Assembly: GCA_964106645.2 (NCBI GenBank) | Contig: OZ078259.1 | Direction: 5' to 3' (one strand) | Source of the DNA: Podarcis pityusensis | Taxonomy: Eukaryota | Length of the DNA stretch: 64,000 nucleotides | Shown: piece after piece, positions 1-12,550 of the stretch | Layout: each line of letters opens with the position of its first letter | Numbering within the stretch: position 1 is the stretch's first letter | Translations under genes and position numbers: made by a program | The notes under the pieces: generated by a model | Told to the model about the DNA's origin: nothing | Database searches by the model: none | The model's input: only the letters and a program-made list of their open reading frames with translations

Positions 1-495
1 GAGAAGGTATACTTAAATACCTTTTTCAGTTCATTATATATCATTTCCCAGAAAGCCTTCACTTTAGGGCAGGTCCACCAGAGGTGAAAGAATGTTCCTT
101 CCTTTTCTTTACATTTCCAACACTTATTATCAGACAAGTGGTATATTTTTGCAAGTTTGACTGGTGTCATATACCATCTATATATCATTTTCATTACATT
201 TTCTTTCAAAGCATTACAAGCAGTGAAGTTTAACCCAGTAGTCCACAACCTTTCCCAGTCCTCAAACATGATATTATACCCAATGTCCTGTGCCCACTTT
301 ATCATGGCTGATTTTACCGTTTCATCTTGTGTGTTCCATTTTAACAGCAAGTTATACATTCTTGAAAGTACCTTAGTCTTAGGCTCTAACAATTCCGTTT
401 CCAACTTCGATTTCTCCACCTGGAACCCTAACTTTTTGTCAAGTTTAAAAACTTCCTTAATCTGAGCGTAATGTAACCAATCTCGCACTTTATCT
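1..495 (-). mobile_element. L1-clade LINE fragment (ORF2 C-terminal Cys-rich region), truncated by the window edge
   Basis: The minus strand translates to DNKCWKCKEKEGTFFHLWWTCPKVKAFWE, the CCHC-type knuckle typical of squamate and fish L1 ORF2. Confidence 0.8.
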
Positions 496-499
496 CTCT

Positions 500-840
500 T
501 CTTTTCTTAAAAAATGGGTCTAAATCTCAGTCTTCCTCTACTCTGGTCAAGGGTCTGAACATTTTGGACCACGTCTTTACAATGACTTGGGTGGAGGAAT
601 GGAAGGGGGTGCTCAACAAATTTGCAGTGACACCAACCTGCGGCTAATGCTGCAGAAGAAAGCATTCCATGTGGCCTTAACAGATTGGAGAACTAACAAA
701 ATGAATTTACAAAGCTTCTACACTTAGCCAGGAATAATAATGCACAAATATAGGATAGGGACACCTGGTTTGACAGCAGCACATGTGAAAAAAAATCTAG
801 GGGTCTTAATCTTGGGCCTCAAGATTAACCTGAGTCCTGG
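500..840 (+). mobile_element. Degenerate CR1 LINE RT fragment
   Basis: aatgacttgggtggaggaatggaagggggtgctcaacaaatttgcagtgacaccaacctg resembles the CR1 NDL..G.EG.L.KFADDTKL motif, with frameshifts. Confidence 0.65.
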
Positions 841-866
841 AGGAGAGGATTGCTGAGGCTCTAGAG

Positions 867-1092
867 CAGGGGTGGCCAACTCCCAAGAGACTGCGAGCTA
901 CTCACAGAGTTAAAAACTGGCAGTTTTTTTTAGGAAGGAGGAAAGCCCCATTTTTAGGGGTTCAGGGCAATGTTGTTAAGCTTTTTTTTAGGGGAGCCAA
1001 AGTTGTTGAGCTTCTTTGGGGGGAGCCAGTGATCTACCACAGACGTCCAATGATCTACCAGTAGATCACGATCTGCCTGTTGGACATGCCTG
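867..1092. mobile_element. hAT-type MITE
   Basis: TIRs caggggtggccaac / gttggacatgcctg; 8-bp TSD ctctagag / ctctagat. Confidence 0.75.
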
Positions 1093-2880
1093 CTCTAGAT
1101 ATTATAACTAGGCTCTGCCTCCATTGTTGGAGGCAGTGGTGCCTCTGCATCCCAGTTGCTGGAAACCACAGGAGGAGATAGTGGTCTTGTGTGCGAATCC
1201 TGCTTGTGGGTTGGCCACTGTGAGAACAGGATGCTGGACTGAATGCTGACTGAATGGGCTACTGGCCTGATCCAGAAGACTCTTTGGATGTTCACTGCTG
1301 AGGATCTCATGAGAGATCTTCCACAGGAACTGGGATGAAGGAGGTTGCAAGACATTGGCCAGGGCAAATGTTTAGACATAGACTGGTGTAGACAGTGCTG
1401 GCCTGGATGGGCACCTCATCTGACCTGGTAATAAAGGATCTTCTGATGTTCCTCTGGGTGGAGATGGTTGCCACCTATGGATTCCCCACTTCTGGCACCA
1501 CTTGTGTTTATGTTGAGCACCCAAGAGCTACAAGCTGCAGCTCAAAAATGACCAGAGCGTGGCGCAGGAAGAAGTCCAAGGACCTGTTGCTGGAAGCCGC
1601 AGGAGTGGAGGTGCTCTTTTGCCCCAGACTTGGTTGTGAGCTTCTTTAGGCTAGGCTTAGGAAGTGCATGCAGGAACTGAGCAGGCAGAATAAAAAGTAT
1701 TTTATTTATTGTGAAAGCAGTCAGAGGAAGGTGTGTGGTCCTTGCCTTCCAGCCTTTCAAGAGTCAGAGGAGTCTGCATCACTATTTTTCATCCAGGCAC
1801 ACTTCAAGGACACATTCCATCTAGGGAAAAACACGCAAGAAAGTTATGTAGTCTCCAGAGAGTAAGGAGGGGCTGAGAGAGGTTTGGGGGGGCTGCATTG
1901 GGGTTTCTCCACACTTGGGCATGCGGAGAAGCAGAGGGTATTGTAGGGGACTGCTCTGGTCATTGTCATAATGTGTTTGTCTACAGTTGTGCATGGCCGT
2001 TGTTGCCTGAACAAGTCCCTGATTGGTGGGCTGTGGCAATATTACCAAGATTGCTTCATCTCTAAGATGGAGAAGGCAGGCTGAAGAAGGTTCTGCAGAA
2101 ACAGTAATACCAGTACTAATTTCATACCTGCCATTCCTTCCAAAGGAGCCAGGGGCAGCAATCACACAGGCAATAAAAGAATAAAAACACAGAAGAAAAA
2201 ACTTGAGGCCCTCCAGATGTTACTGGACTCTAACTCCCATCAGCCCCTGCCAGCAAAGCCAATGGTCAGGGATAATGGGAGTTGTAGTTCAGCAACATCC
2301 GGAGGAGGTACAGGTTTTCCCCACCTGGATTTAAATACTTATAATCAGTTCCAACATATGCAGGCTAGAATAGATATCTACTTCAAGGGCTTACTGGAAG
2401 AAAGGGGTCTTCAGCAGGTGTTGAAAAGACGACAGACACAGTGCCTGTCTATTATTTTAAGGAGAGGGAATTCCAAAAGTCAGGGACCCCCCACTAAAGA
2501 CTAAGCTCCTATATTGTGTGGAAGGGAGCCCGTGATCAGATGGTTTTAATTGAATCATTATTAACAGCATCACTATTGCATTATGTGAATATGGCTTTAA
2601 AAAAGGACTGCATAAACTCATGGAGGCTAAGACTACCAATGGCTACTAGCCAGGGTGGTTATGTATGCTCTGCTTCCATGACCAGAAGCAGCAGTGCTTC
2701 CAAACAGCAGATGATGGAAACCAGAGGAAAGGAGAGAGCTCTTGCACATGGGCGCGGCTTGCTGGCTTCTCACAGGCATCTGGGGGGCCACCGTGAGAGC
2801 AGGAAGCTGGACTGGATGGGCTACTGGCAGGTTCTTCCCATGCTCTTTTGGGCCAATTGCAGCCCAAAATGTGGCATATA

Positions 2881-3290
2881 CCGTATTTTTTGCCCCATAG
2901 GACGCACCTTTTCCCCTGCAAAAATGAAGGGGAAACGTGTGTGCGTCCTATGGGGCGAATGCAGGCTTTCGCTGAAGCCTGGAGAGCGAGAGGCATCGGT
3001 GCGCACCGACCCCTCTCGCTCTCCAGGCTTCAGGAAGCTATCCACAAGCCTTGCAAGCCCGGCGGGAGTTCCCGCGGGCTCACAAGGCTTGCGGGCAGCA
3101 GCCTGCAGCCCGAAGCATGGGGAGCCCTCTGGAGGGCGCCCCTGCTTCGGGCGGGTGTCCGCAAGCCTTGCGAGCCCGGCGGGAGGTCCCGCCGGGCACG
3201 CGAGGCTTGGGGCGGCAGCCTGCAGCCCGAAAGCACAGGGAGCCGCCCCCCCCAAAAAACGAGGTGCGTCCTATGGGACAAAAAATACGG
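2881..3290. mobile_element. Tc1/mariner (Tc2/pogo-like) non-autonomous element with a GC-rich palindromic interior
   Basis: TA TSDs; TIRs ccgtattttttgccccataggacgcacc / ggtgcgtcctatgggacaaaaaatacgg; two internal copies of a hairpin unit. Confidence 0.85.
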
Positions 3291-3329
3291 TAAATCAGAC
3301 AAGCAATAAATAAATGACCCTGTTTAATG

Positions 3330-3478
3330 CAGGGAATCAAGAGCTATGGAATCTCCAATAGTTGGCTGGAAGGTGGCAAGGATTCCAGTATTAACAGGGC
3401 GCCCATTTCTTCCTGCATTGCAGGGGGTTGGACTTGATGAGCCTCAGAGTCCCTTCCAACTCTACTGTTCTGATTCTG
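3330..3478 (+). mobile_element. CR1 3' end fragment
   Basis: ggggttggacttgatgagcctcagagtcccttccaactctactgttctgattctg, a typical CR1 3' terminus. Confidence 0.6.
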
Positions 3479-4084
3479 AGAGTTCCCACACTGTGCAGAA
3501 ATAGTTTACTAAGCTCCTAAATTGTCTTTGTCCCAGGCATTGCATTGTTTTGGGTTTTCAAAGAAACTAGGAATGTATAAAACCGCTTCTTATCTTCTTC
3601 GTCTTCTTTTTCTTTTACACAGGAAACAGCAAAACACTGGCACTGAATAATTTCCCAGACTCCCAGCTGCCATGCCTCCTTCAAACTACTGATAGCAAAC
3701 TGATCAAGACCTGAACAAGTCAAAAGGTCTTTTTGTATTGCTTTTAAGTTGCATGATTTGGAAAGCTAAGTTTAGTAAACAAGGCCAAGTTTTCAGCCAA
3801 CCTCACCATATGAAGGACTCCACTTAGCCATCTCTCCCCCCCACCACCTGGAACAGGTCACTTCTCCTGCAAAAGAGTTGAAGCAACCACTCTTTGAAGT
3901 GCATTTTGAACTTTTCCTCCCTATCTTTCTGAGTATTTATTGCATCAGCAGACTGTGCTGGCAGTCAGAGGAAGGTTTGGTCCCTCTCTCCCAACACTAG
4001 AGCTGGGAAGCTGAACGTGGGAAGATCCAGCCCTTCTTCACACAGCACAGAGTTCAACTCTGGGACTCCCCCCCCCCCCAGGAA

Positions 4085-4365
4085 ACAGTGACGGCCACCA
4101 ACTTGGATGGCTTCCAAAGAGGATTCAGTAGACAGCCATTGCAGAGAGGGCTTTCAATGGCTCCTGGCCACAATGGCTATGCTCTGCCTCCCCAGTTGGA
4201 GGCCTTCTGAATACCAGTTGCTGGAAACCACAGGGGAGGAGGGGTCTCTTGTGCTGGAATACTGCCTGGGGTCTTCTGCCCTCTGGGTGCCTGATCAGCC
4301 ACTGAGAGGACAAGAGGCTGAACGCATGGGCCACTGGCATGACCCAGCTGCATGGCTCTTCCTGT
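4085..4365 (+). mobile_element. Abundant CR1-related SINE-like repeat (representative copy)
   Basis: Related copies at about 1120-1285, 2590-2845, 19040-19280, 30280-30700, 34230-34545, 48190-48300 and 50850-51010 share motifs such as ggccactgtgagaacaggatgctggact. Confidence 0.55.
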
Positions 4366-4419
4366 GTTCTTTAAAAAAAACACACGTATTTGTAATTTTA
4401 CATTACATAGGTTCACATT

Positions 4420-4640
4420 CAAATTAATATTACCATACAATAGTCATCAACTTCCCTCCCCCCCCCCCCATTCCATGGTTCATTTTAGTTTTCCGTTACG
4501 ACTGCATATGCTAATTAAATAATAATAATTTCCCCCATTATATCTTCACTTAATTTAAACTGCTGGATTTATTCTAACCCTGCTAACATTTTCATCAGTT
4601 TCCAATGATTCTACAAACGTTTTCCAATCTTCCTTAAAGG
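4420..4640 (-). mobile_element. L1 3' end fragment
   Basis: Minus strand FKEDWKTFVESL, equivalent to the ORF2 C-terminus at 16622-16867, followed by an AT-rich 3' UTR. Confidence 0.55.
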
Positions 4641-5620
4641 CTCTTCCCTTGTTCTGAGGCACAGGGCTGCCCTGCCACAGCAGGAAGTTGATGCCACTGT
4701 TGCCTGCAACCCTTTGCATGTCTTGCTGGCAAATCAAGCTGAGTAAGAGCGAGGCTTCCTTCTGTGGGCATAGCAGCCGCCATCTGCCCCACAACAGGAC
4801 TCTGAGCCATCTGAGCATCTCCAAACCTTCTCCCAATGCAGGTTCCAACCCTAGCCCTGGTTTCTCACAGGCACTTAGTTGGCCGCAGTGAGAACAGGAT
4901 GCTGGACTCAATGGGCCACCAAACACCAACCTCCATTTCTTCTTTTCTTTACATATAAATTCCAGCTTTCAAATTTGCTATACGTACATTTCTCTTTAAA
5001 CTTTGGCTTCCCGCCTTTCCCTCCCTGCTGCTCTTAATCCCGTCCCTTTTACATACTGCATTCTGATAAACGTTTCAGCTAAGTTCTATTCAAATATTCT
5101 ATTTCAAATATTATCATTTTAAATCCTGCATACAGTTTCAACTGATTATGATATCATTGCCAAAAAGATCATTGCCAGAAACAAAAACCTTTGATAATTT
5201 CAAGCAGCTTGTTTGGAACAAATGTGAGCTATATTCTCTGCATGTTCTTTTAACAGAGATGTAGTTTATTTTAATCTTTTTCTACTGGCCTAATGTCTAT
5301 CACTTAAAATTATGGTTGCATTTTTATGTAGAAAAGCAGTTACTAGTAAATTATCAGTGAATGTCTTGAGCATAACTACTCTGACCTTGGTGGATTTAAA
5401 GTGACTTTCTTACACTTTCATCGGTTGCATTTTTGTTCTAAAAATATGTAAAGCATATAGCAGAAAGTGGTGAAATAATGTGGTCAGTTCTGTCAAGCAC
5501 TCAACATTTAATGCAAAACTAGCTGCAACTTTCAAAATAATCCAGATTTACTCTGAAAACCACCTTCAGTTTCTGTTAGGGAAAAAAGTGGGATGATGAT
5601 GATAATGATAATAATGATAA

Positions 5621-7310
5621 GTGGACAGGCTGCTTGGACGAGTGAAACCAGCCACCTGTCTTCTGTATCCTTGTCCATCCTGGCTGATAAAAGCAAGCTG
5701 GGAAGGGCTGGGCGATGGGCTTCGTGGGATGGTGAATGCTTCCCTCTGTGAGGGAGCCTTCCCAGGCCCACTGAAAGAGGCGGTCATTAAACCGCTTCTT
5801 AAAAAAACATCTTTAGACCCGGCCAATATGGCCAACTATCACCCAGTCTCAAATCTTCCATTCTTGAACAAGGTGATTGAGCGAGTGGTTGCTGAACAAG
5901 TCCAGGCACGCCTGGAAGCAGCGGACCATTTGGATCCCTTCCAATCGGGATTCAGGCCTCACCACGGGACTGAAACTGCCTTGGTCTTGCTGGTCAATGA
6001 TCTCTGGCGGGCTAGGGACAAAGGTGAGAGCTGTTTCCTAGTTCTGCTGGATCTCTCAGAGGCTTTTGACACCTTAACATCCTTGTGGACCGACTTGAGG
6101 GGCTGGGAGCTGGGGGCACTGTTATACGGTGGTTCCGTTCCTTTCTCCTGGGCCGTGTCTAGAAAGTGGTGGTGGTGGGGGGATGAGGCACCTCACCTGT
6201 GGGTGAGGTTCCGTCCTCTCCCCCATACTTTTTAACATCTACATGCAGCCGCTGGGAGAGATCATCAAGGGGTTTGGGCTGGGTGTTCATCAGTATGCGG
6301 ATGATATCCAGCTCTATCTCTCATTCAAATCAGAACCAGTGAAGGCGGTGAAGGTCCTGTGTGACTGTCTGAAGGCGGTTGGAGGATGGATGGCTGCTAA
6401 CGGATTAAGGTTGAATCCTGACAAGACAGAAGTACTGTTGGGGGACAGGGGGCAGGCTGGTGTGGACTCCCTGGTCCTGAATGGGGTAACTGTGCCCCTG
6501 AAGGACCAGGTGCGCAGCCTGGGAGTCATTTTGGACTCACAGCTGTCCATGGAGGCGCAGATCAAATCTGTGTCCAGGGCAGCTGTTTATCAGCTCCATC
6601 TGCTACACAGGCTGAGACCCTACCTGCCCGCAGACTGTCTTGCCAGAGTGGTGCATGCTCTAGTTATCTCCCGCTTGGACTACTGCAATGTGCTCTACAT
6701 GGGGCTACCTTTGAAGGTGACTCGGAAACTGCAATTAATCCAGAATGCGGCAGCTAGATTGGTAACTGGGAGTGGCTGCCGAGACTATATAACATCGGTC
6801 CTGAAAGATATTCATTGGCTCCCAGTACATTTCCAAGCACAATTCAAAGTGTTGTTGCTGACCTTTAAAGCCCTAAACGGCCTCAATCCTGTATCATCGC
6901 TGTCAACTTTTCCCTTTTCTTGTGCGGAATGCTATTTGGAATAAGGGAATTTCCCTTAAAAAAAGAAAAATGTTGACAGCTATGTCCTGTATACCTGAAG
7001 GAGCGTCTCCACCCCCATCACCCAGCCCGGACACTGAGGTCCAGTGCTGAGGGCCTTCTGGCGGTTCCCTCGCTGTGAGAAGTGAGGTTACAGGGAAGCA
7101 GGCAAAGGGCCTTCTCAGTAGTGGCACCTGCCCTGTGGAATGCCCTCCCACCAGATGTCAAGGCAATAAACAACTATTTTACTTTTAAAAGACAACTGAA
7201 GGCGGCCCTGTTTAGGGAAGTTTTTAATGTCTGACACTATATTGTTTTTAATATTCAGTTGGAAGCCACCTAGAGTGGCTGGGGAAACCCAGCCAGATGG
7301 GCGGGGTATA
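5621..7310 (+). mobile_element. 5'-truncated L2-clade LINE (RT domain and 3' end), frameshifted and interrupted by a MITE
   Basis: ORFs 5621-6235 and 6243-6944 carry L2-type RT motifs ([62 protein letters not shown]); the element ends in a (TTA)n tail. Confidence 0.9.
6895..6984. mobile_element. 90-bp hAT MITE nested in the L2
   Basis: TIRs catcgctgtcaac / gttgacagctatg; perfect 8-bp TSD tcctgtat at 6887-6894 and 6985-6992. Confidence 0.85.
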
Positions 7311-7323
7311 ATTTTTTTTTTTA

Positions 7324-7378
<55 letters not shown>

Positions 7379-7388
7379 TTATTATTAA
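7311..7388. repeat. (TTA)n / T-rich microsatellite (L2 tail)
   Basis: Seen directly. Confidence 0.95.
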
Positions 7389-7389
7389 T

Positions 7390-7530
7390 GTATTCCAGAA
7401 AGGGCTTGCATTCTTCCACAAATAGTCTGCCATGTTGATTTCTTATTTTTGCAGTTAGGTTTCACCAGTTCCGCATAGTCCATTAGCTTTAAAATCCATT
7501 CTTCTTTCGTCTGCGTTTTCTCTTATTTCC
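7390..7530 (-). mobile_element. L1 ORF2 C-terminal fragment
   Basis: Minus strand KEEWILKLMDYAELVK, homologous to KEEWRMKLMDYAEF at 16622-16867. Confidence 0.7.
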
Positions 7531-8784
7531 AGTTCTGAGTGTACAAAATTCTAGCTGCTGTTGTTGCAAAGGTAAGTTAATCATTTTTGGGGACCCTATT
7601 ATCCCTAAAAGAAAGGCCTCAGGGCTCTGGGTAATTACCACTTGGCACCACCCTCAATTTTCATCCACCCCCTACCATTTTTGCCAAGATACAGCATCCC
7701 TATCTTTGTCACCTGCACTGTCCTGATCTTAAAGCCCAGTGGCAATCTGGACTCAGGGGCTGTAGTCTCCAGCCAAGGATCCAGACCAGGTTCGGAGCCC
7801 TCAGAAGAAGCTCCTGTATCACCTGATCCCGTAGGTCAGAGGCAGGACCCTGGCAAGTAGCTTCCCCTGAGCCTGTGGAACCACCAGTCCAGGCAGGAGA
7901 AGGAGTGCCTACAACAGGCTAGAGGGCTGCTAGCTCTTTAAGGTTCCAAGTTATCCCCAAGGAGGCAGAGCCTGGGAGAGGAGAGAGCGCAGGCGGAAGA
8001 TGGCGCTGCCTCTCCTTCACCTTCACTGCTTATATGCTCCAAAAGTCAAAAGTCTTTTGTGTCTCCCTTAAGTCTTGGAATACATCAGCTGGGTCACAAA
8101 GAGGAGGTACCATAGAAATTTCCGGAGCTTGTTTGCTAAATCAAAGGAAATAAGAGAATTCACACAGCAGATGCTTGGAACGTGGAAGGAAGTGTACTCC
8201 TTTTTTCACATCAAAGAACCCGCAGAAGAGAGAAATTCTCATCAGAGAATATCCCAATACCTGTAGCTCGTGAGTTGGGGTTCTGCCTTATGCTTCTGAG
8301 TACAGTACTTTCAAGGTACATTCCCCCCCTCCTCAAGTTCTGGGCACTGTGGTTTGTTAAGGGCTGCTGGGAATCCTAGTGAACTACAATTCCCAGAATT
8401 CTCGGGGGCAAGGAATGTACTTTGAATGTGCTTTGCAGTTATAGTGTGAACAAAGCCTCGTGGAACAATTTTAACAAAGTACAGTTTCTCATTTAAATGT
8501 CAAATAAATGTTCTCACTCACCGCAGTTAACAGCCATTCTTGGTTTATATGTCAGTGTATTCCTATTGCAGATTCCAACAGCGGCTTTTGTGACACGGAG
8601 CGCTGGACAGCATAGAAGTGACAGGTATCATGGTAGAAGGAAGTATAATCATTTCATTTATTAGTTGCCTGTCACCCGAAGCTCTGCATGGGACTTACAG
8701 CAAATATAGAAAAGCAATGTGGTTGTGGGTGTGTTCCAAATGCTTCTGTGTCTACTTTCATCCAGTTCAATGTAAATTGGTCCT

Positions 8785-9402
8785 AGAAGCTGTCAGCACG
8801 TGAAAGAGGCCACACGCCAGGAACAGCTTCGACTGGCTGGCTAAACCAGGGGAGGGTAGCCAATGGGTCTCAAACCCTCGGTGAGTTAGGGACTTCACCT
8901 GCATGCAAAGACAGGCTCCGGAGGATGGAGCAGATGGGACCAATAGTGGGTCCAACGGTTAAGGAGGCGGTTCCTGCATGTGCTGGAGTGGGAATTGAGG
9001 GGCAGGTGGGGTTTGTCCACCTGGGAAGGGAGCCCATCTGGGAAAAGGAAAACTCTGATCCTAAACCTCCTCTGTCTTGTAGGATATCTTCAGAAGAAGG
9101 AAAGGCCAAGGAGTAAACCCTACACAATGCGGAGTGGAGTCCATAAGGCAGTTGGCTGTCACCTTGTTGCCTCCTTCCTACAACTCCTGCAGCCACGCTG
9201 GTGCCTAATGCATTGCTCTGCTTTCCTCTGGACCCCATCAGCGAGGCGGAGAGGGGGGTCCTGTCGTCTGGACAGCCCAAGACCACCAGACACACTGCCC
9301 AGGCTTATGCCCTGGGGACGTCACTTCACTGCTGCTAGCCCAGCGGTTTGGCTTCAGCCCCCAAGGGACACGCCATGGTCTCTTGAGACAGAGGGATGAC
9401 CA
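8785..9402 (+). mobile_element. Non-autonomous RTE-derived retroposon (5' UTR-like part joined to a 3' end)
   Basis: Homologous to 35896-36262 on the opposite strand; ends in gtctcttgagacagagggatgacc, which resembles RTE-clade 3' termini; no ORF. Family assignment is from memory. Confidence 0.5.
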
Positions 9403-11183
9403 CAAAGCCATTTCTCCTTTTTAAATTCACATTTTAGCTGGTTGGCTTAAAGCATCACAATATTTTTCACTTTTTTGACTGCCCTTTTGGGAAAATCCAG
9501 TACATCGCAAACCATGCATTTCCAAAATTAATTTCCTAACGAGTTACATGTGTGCAGAGAAACAAATCCCCACAATGAACCAAGGTTTCCTGGCTTAGAT
9601 CCTGTGGACTTCACAGCAAACCCAACCTTAAGGATTTGTATGCCTACTTCCCCTCTTGCCCATGTGCCCAGTGGAAAAATGGGGACTCTTTGGCACAAGA
9701 AGTGGCAGAGCACCAAAGAGACATATTGGGGTCTGGGCAGGCTCTCCACCAGTGGCAAGGAATGGCTTGTGCATCACCATGGAAAGTCCAAGCCTTATAG
9801 TGATTGATGCATCTACGGGGGTGGCTGGGGTTGAGGGACACCAGTGGGCAGCTTCTGACAAGGCAGCAAAGATAGCAGCATGAGCATGAACAACAGCAGA
9901 TCCCCTGGCTACAAGGGAGTAAACACACACAAGTTCAGCAAGGCAGGGGGAGCGATGTCATGGGAGTAGGAGGGCTGTTTGCTCCCTGAACTTCACTCTT
10001 ATCGGAGCTATGAAAGATCCAATCTACAATTTAATCAGAACAGTTCATGTCCATATCATTGCCTTTCACTAGAGCAGGTCTCACACTTGGGTCTCCAGCT
10101 CTTTCTGAACTACAACTCTCATCACCCCCAGCTAGCAGCAGTAAGGGATGATGGGAATTGTAGTCCAAAAACAGCTAGAAACCCAATTGTATTCCTAACA
10201 AGGCACTTTTAACATTTCTGGCTGCTCTTCTGTGCAAATATATCTAAAAAAACTGCATTTAAAACAGAATTCATTTTTAGTATTGCCTGATGGATTTTCT
10301 TTTGGGGTCTGGGGTACAGCAGCTCTCCACCCAGGAATGCCCAGGAAGGGCTAGTGCCTTGTCATGGGAAGCGCAGGCATTTTAATGAATGACAGACATA
10401 TGGGGGACCAGAGGATAGTTTCTAACAAGGCAGCGATGAAAGGGGCATGAGCAACAGGCATCCATTGGAGAAGATGTGCTAAGTTTGCTGGACTATTTAC
10501 CTGCACTATCAGTTATTTGATCAGCAGAGTTCAGGTCCGCAATATCACCTTTCACCAGTGTATGCAACAGGAAAATTGTCTCGCTAACACCACCATGGCA
10601 AACTGCAGCAGTGTAGGCGCTCCCTCAGCCACCTCACCCGATGCCTCACTCTGAAGAAGGATCCCTTGGCCCATGGTGCCTGGCAAGGCTGGAAGACCAA
10701 CAGCAGGTGGTGCCAGAGCCATGGACAGACTGAGTGTCTCATTCTAGTTTTGTCCCCATCATTCTCCCTGCTCAGTTCTACAAGGGCAGAATTGGGACTA
10801 AGTAGGAGAAGGCAGCTGACATCCAGAGTTGTTGCTTGTCCCAGCTTCAGGCAGGAAAGCAAGCAGGCAGGGGTTGGCACTGGACAGAGAGAGTATGCAG
10901 AGCAGGGCTTCATACACTTCCACTGCCCTTGGTCCTTCCTCAGGGAGGAGAGGGTGGCAGGGAGTCTCACTCAGTCGGTGAGCTGACGGGGACAGCAGTA
11001 GGGTGGGCAGTCAATAAGGCAAGTGGTACTGTACCCCAATACACCTTTCATGTATTATCTTGAGAAGAGTTGGGGGATGTGGGTCCTGTGGTACATACTT
11101 CCACTTATGGTGGGAGCGTCCACTAGTAAAAGTTCCTGGTCTCGAGCTTTTGAATGTCTATAAAATTATTAAAGAACCTGTTC

Positions 11184-11523
11184 TAAATAAAGGTAAAGGG
11201 ACCCCTGACCATTAGGTCCAGTCGTGACCGACTCTGGGGTTGCGGCGCTCATCTCTCTCGAGGGAGCCGGTGTACAGCTTCCAGGTTATGTGGCCAGTAT
11301 GACTAAGCCGCTTCTGGCGAACCAGAGCGGTGCACGGAAACGCCGTTTACTTTCCCGCCGGAGCAGTACCTACTTGCACTTTGACGTGCTTTCGAACTGC
11401 TAGGTTGGCAGGAGCAGGGACCGAGCAACGGGAGCTCACCCCGTCGCGGGGATTCGAACCGCCGACCTTCTAATCAGCAAGTCCTAGGCTCTGTGGTTTA
11501 ACCCACAGCGCCACCCGCGTCCC
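11184..11523 (-). mobile_element. Sauria SINE
   Basis: Minus-strand head gggacgcgggtggcgctgtgggttaaacc..., B-box-like ggttcgaatccc and ACCTTTA-type tail; flanking duplication aaa(g/a)aacctgttc. Confidence 0.9.
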
Positions 11524-11719
11524 TCAAAAAAAACCTGTTCAGTTCACCTCCAGACTGGTACTGCTTCTCCCTGCCCCCCCCCAAAAAAAACCAATTGGAG
11601 ACACTTTTATTTATTGGGTATTTGCTGCCACTCTTGACAAACACAAGGGCTGTACAATATGCTTATAACATCCACCCATTTTGATATATTGTTATAGCTT
11701 GTATTTTACTTCTAATGAC

Positions 11720-12550
11720 AATTAGAGGATAGATGGCAGCTAACAGATTGAGGTTGAATCCTGACAAGACAGAAATACTGTTTTGGGGGGACAGGAGGCG
11801 GGTGGGTGTGGAGGACTCCCTGGTTGTGAATGGGGTAACTGTGCCCCTGAAGAACCAGGAGTCCTGGGAGTCATTTTGGACTCACAGCTGCCCATGGAGG
11901 TGTAGGTCAATTCTACGTCCAGGGCAGCTGTTTACCAGCTTCATCTGGTATGCAGAATGAGACCCTACCTGCCCGCAGACTGTCTTGCATGAGTTGTGCA
12001 TGCTCTGGTTATCTCCCACTTGGACTACTGCCATGTGCTTTACGTGGGGCTACCTTTGAAGGTGACTCACAAACTATCACTGGTCCAGAATGCGTCAGCT
12101 AGACTGGTGACAAGGAGCAACCACCAGGACAATATAACATTGGTACCAGAAGAACTGCATTGTTAGTACTATACAGTAGTACCTTGGGATGTGAACAGGA
12201 TCCATTCTGGAGCCCCGTTCGCATCCTGAACACAACGTAAGATGCAATGGTGCGTCTGCGCATGCGTGTGTCACGTTTTGGCTCTTTCGCGCATGCACAT
12301 GACATCATTTCGAGCGTTTGCGCATGTGTGAGTGGCAAAACCCGGAAGTAACGCGCTCCGTTACTTCTGGATTCCCGCGGAGCGCAACTTGAACACGCTC
12401 AACCCGAAGCACTTTCAACCCAAGGCATAACTGTATAGGGAAGCTTGTAATGTTTGATGTCTCGCTGTGCTTTTATAATTTGTTGGAAGCTGCCCAGAGT
12501 GGCTGGGGCAACCCAGTCAGCTGGGTTGGGTACAAATAATAAAATTATTT
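11720..12550 (+). mobile_element. Degenerate L2 fragment (same family as 5621-7310) split by a mariner MITE
   Basis: MAANRLRLNPDKTE...VTVPLK matches 6390-6500; the 3' end ggaagctgcccagagtggctggggcaacccag lies after the MITE. Confidence 0.8.
12174..12433. mobile_element. Tc1/mariner MITE
   Basis: TA-flanked cagtagtacc...cataactg; same family as 23396-23649. Confidence 0.75.

Noticed and set aside
2516-3340. Overlapping long ORFs (up to 265 aa) on both strands
   Set aside because: They arise from the stop-poor, GC-rich palindromic MITE interior; no domain is recognisable.
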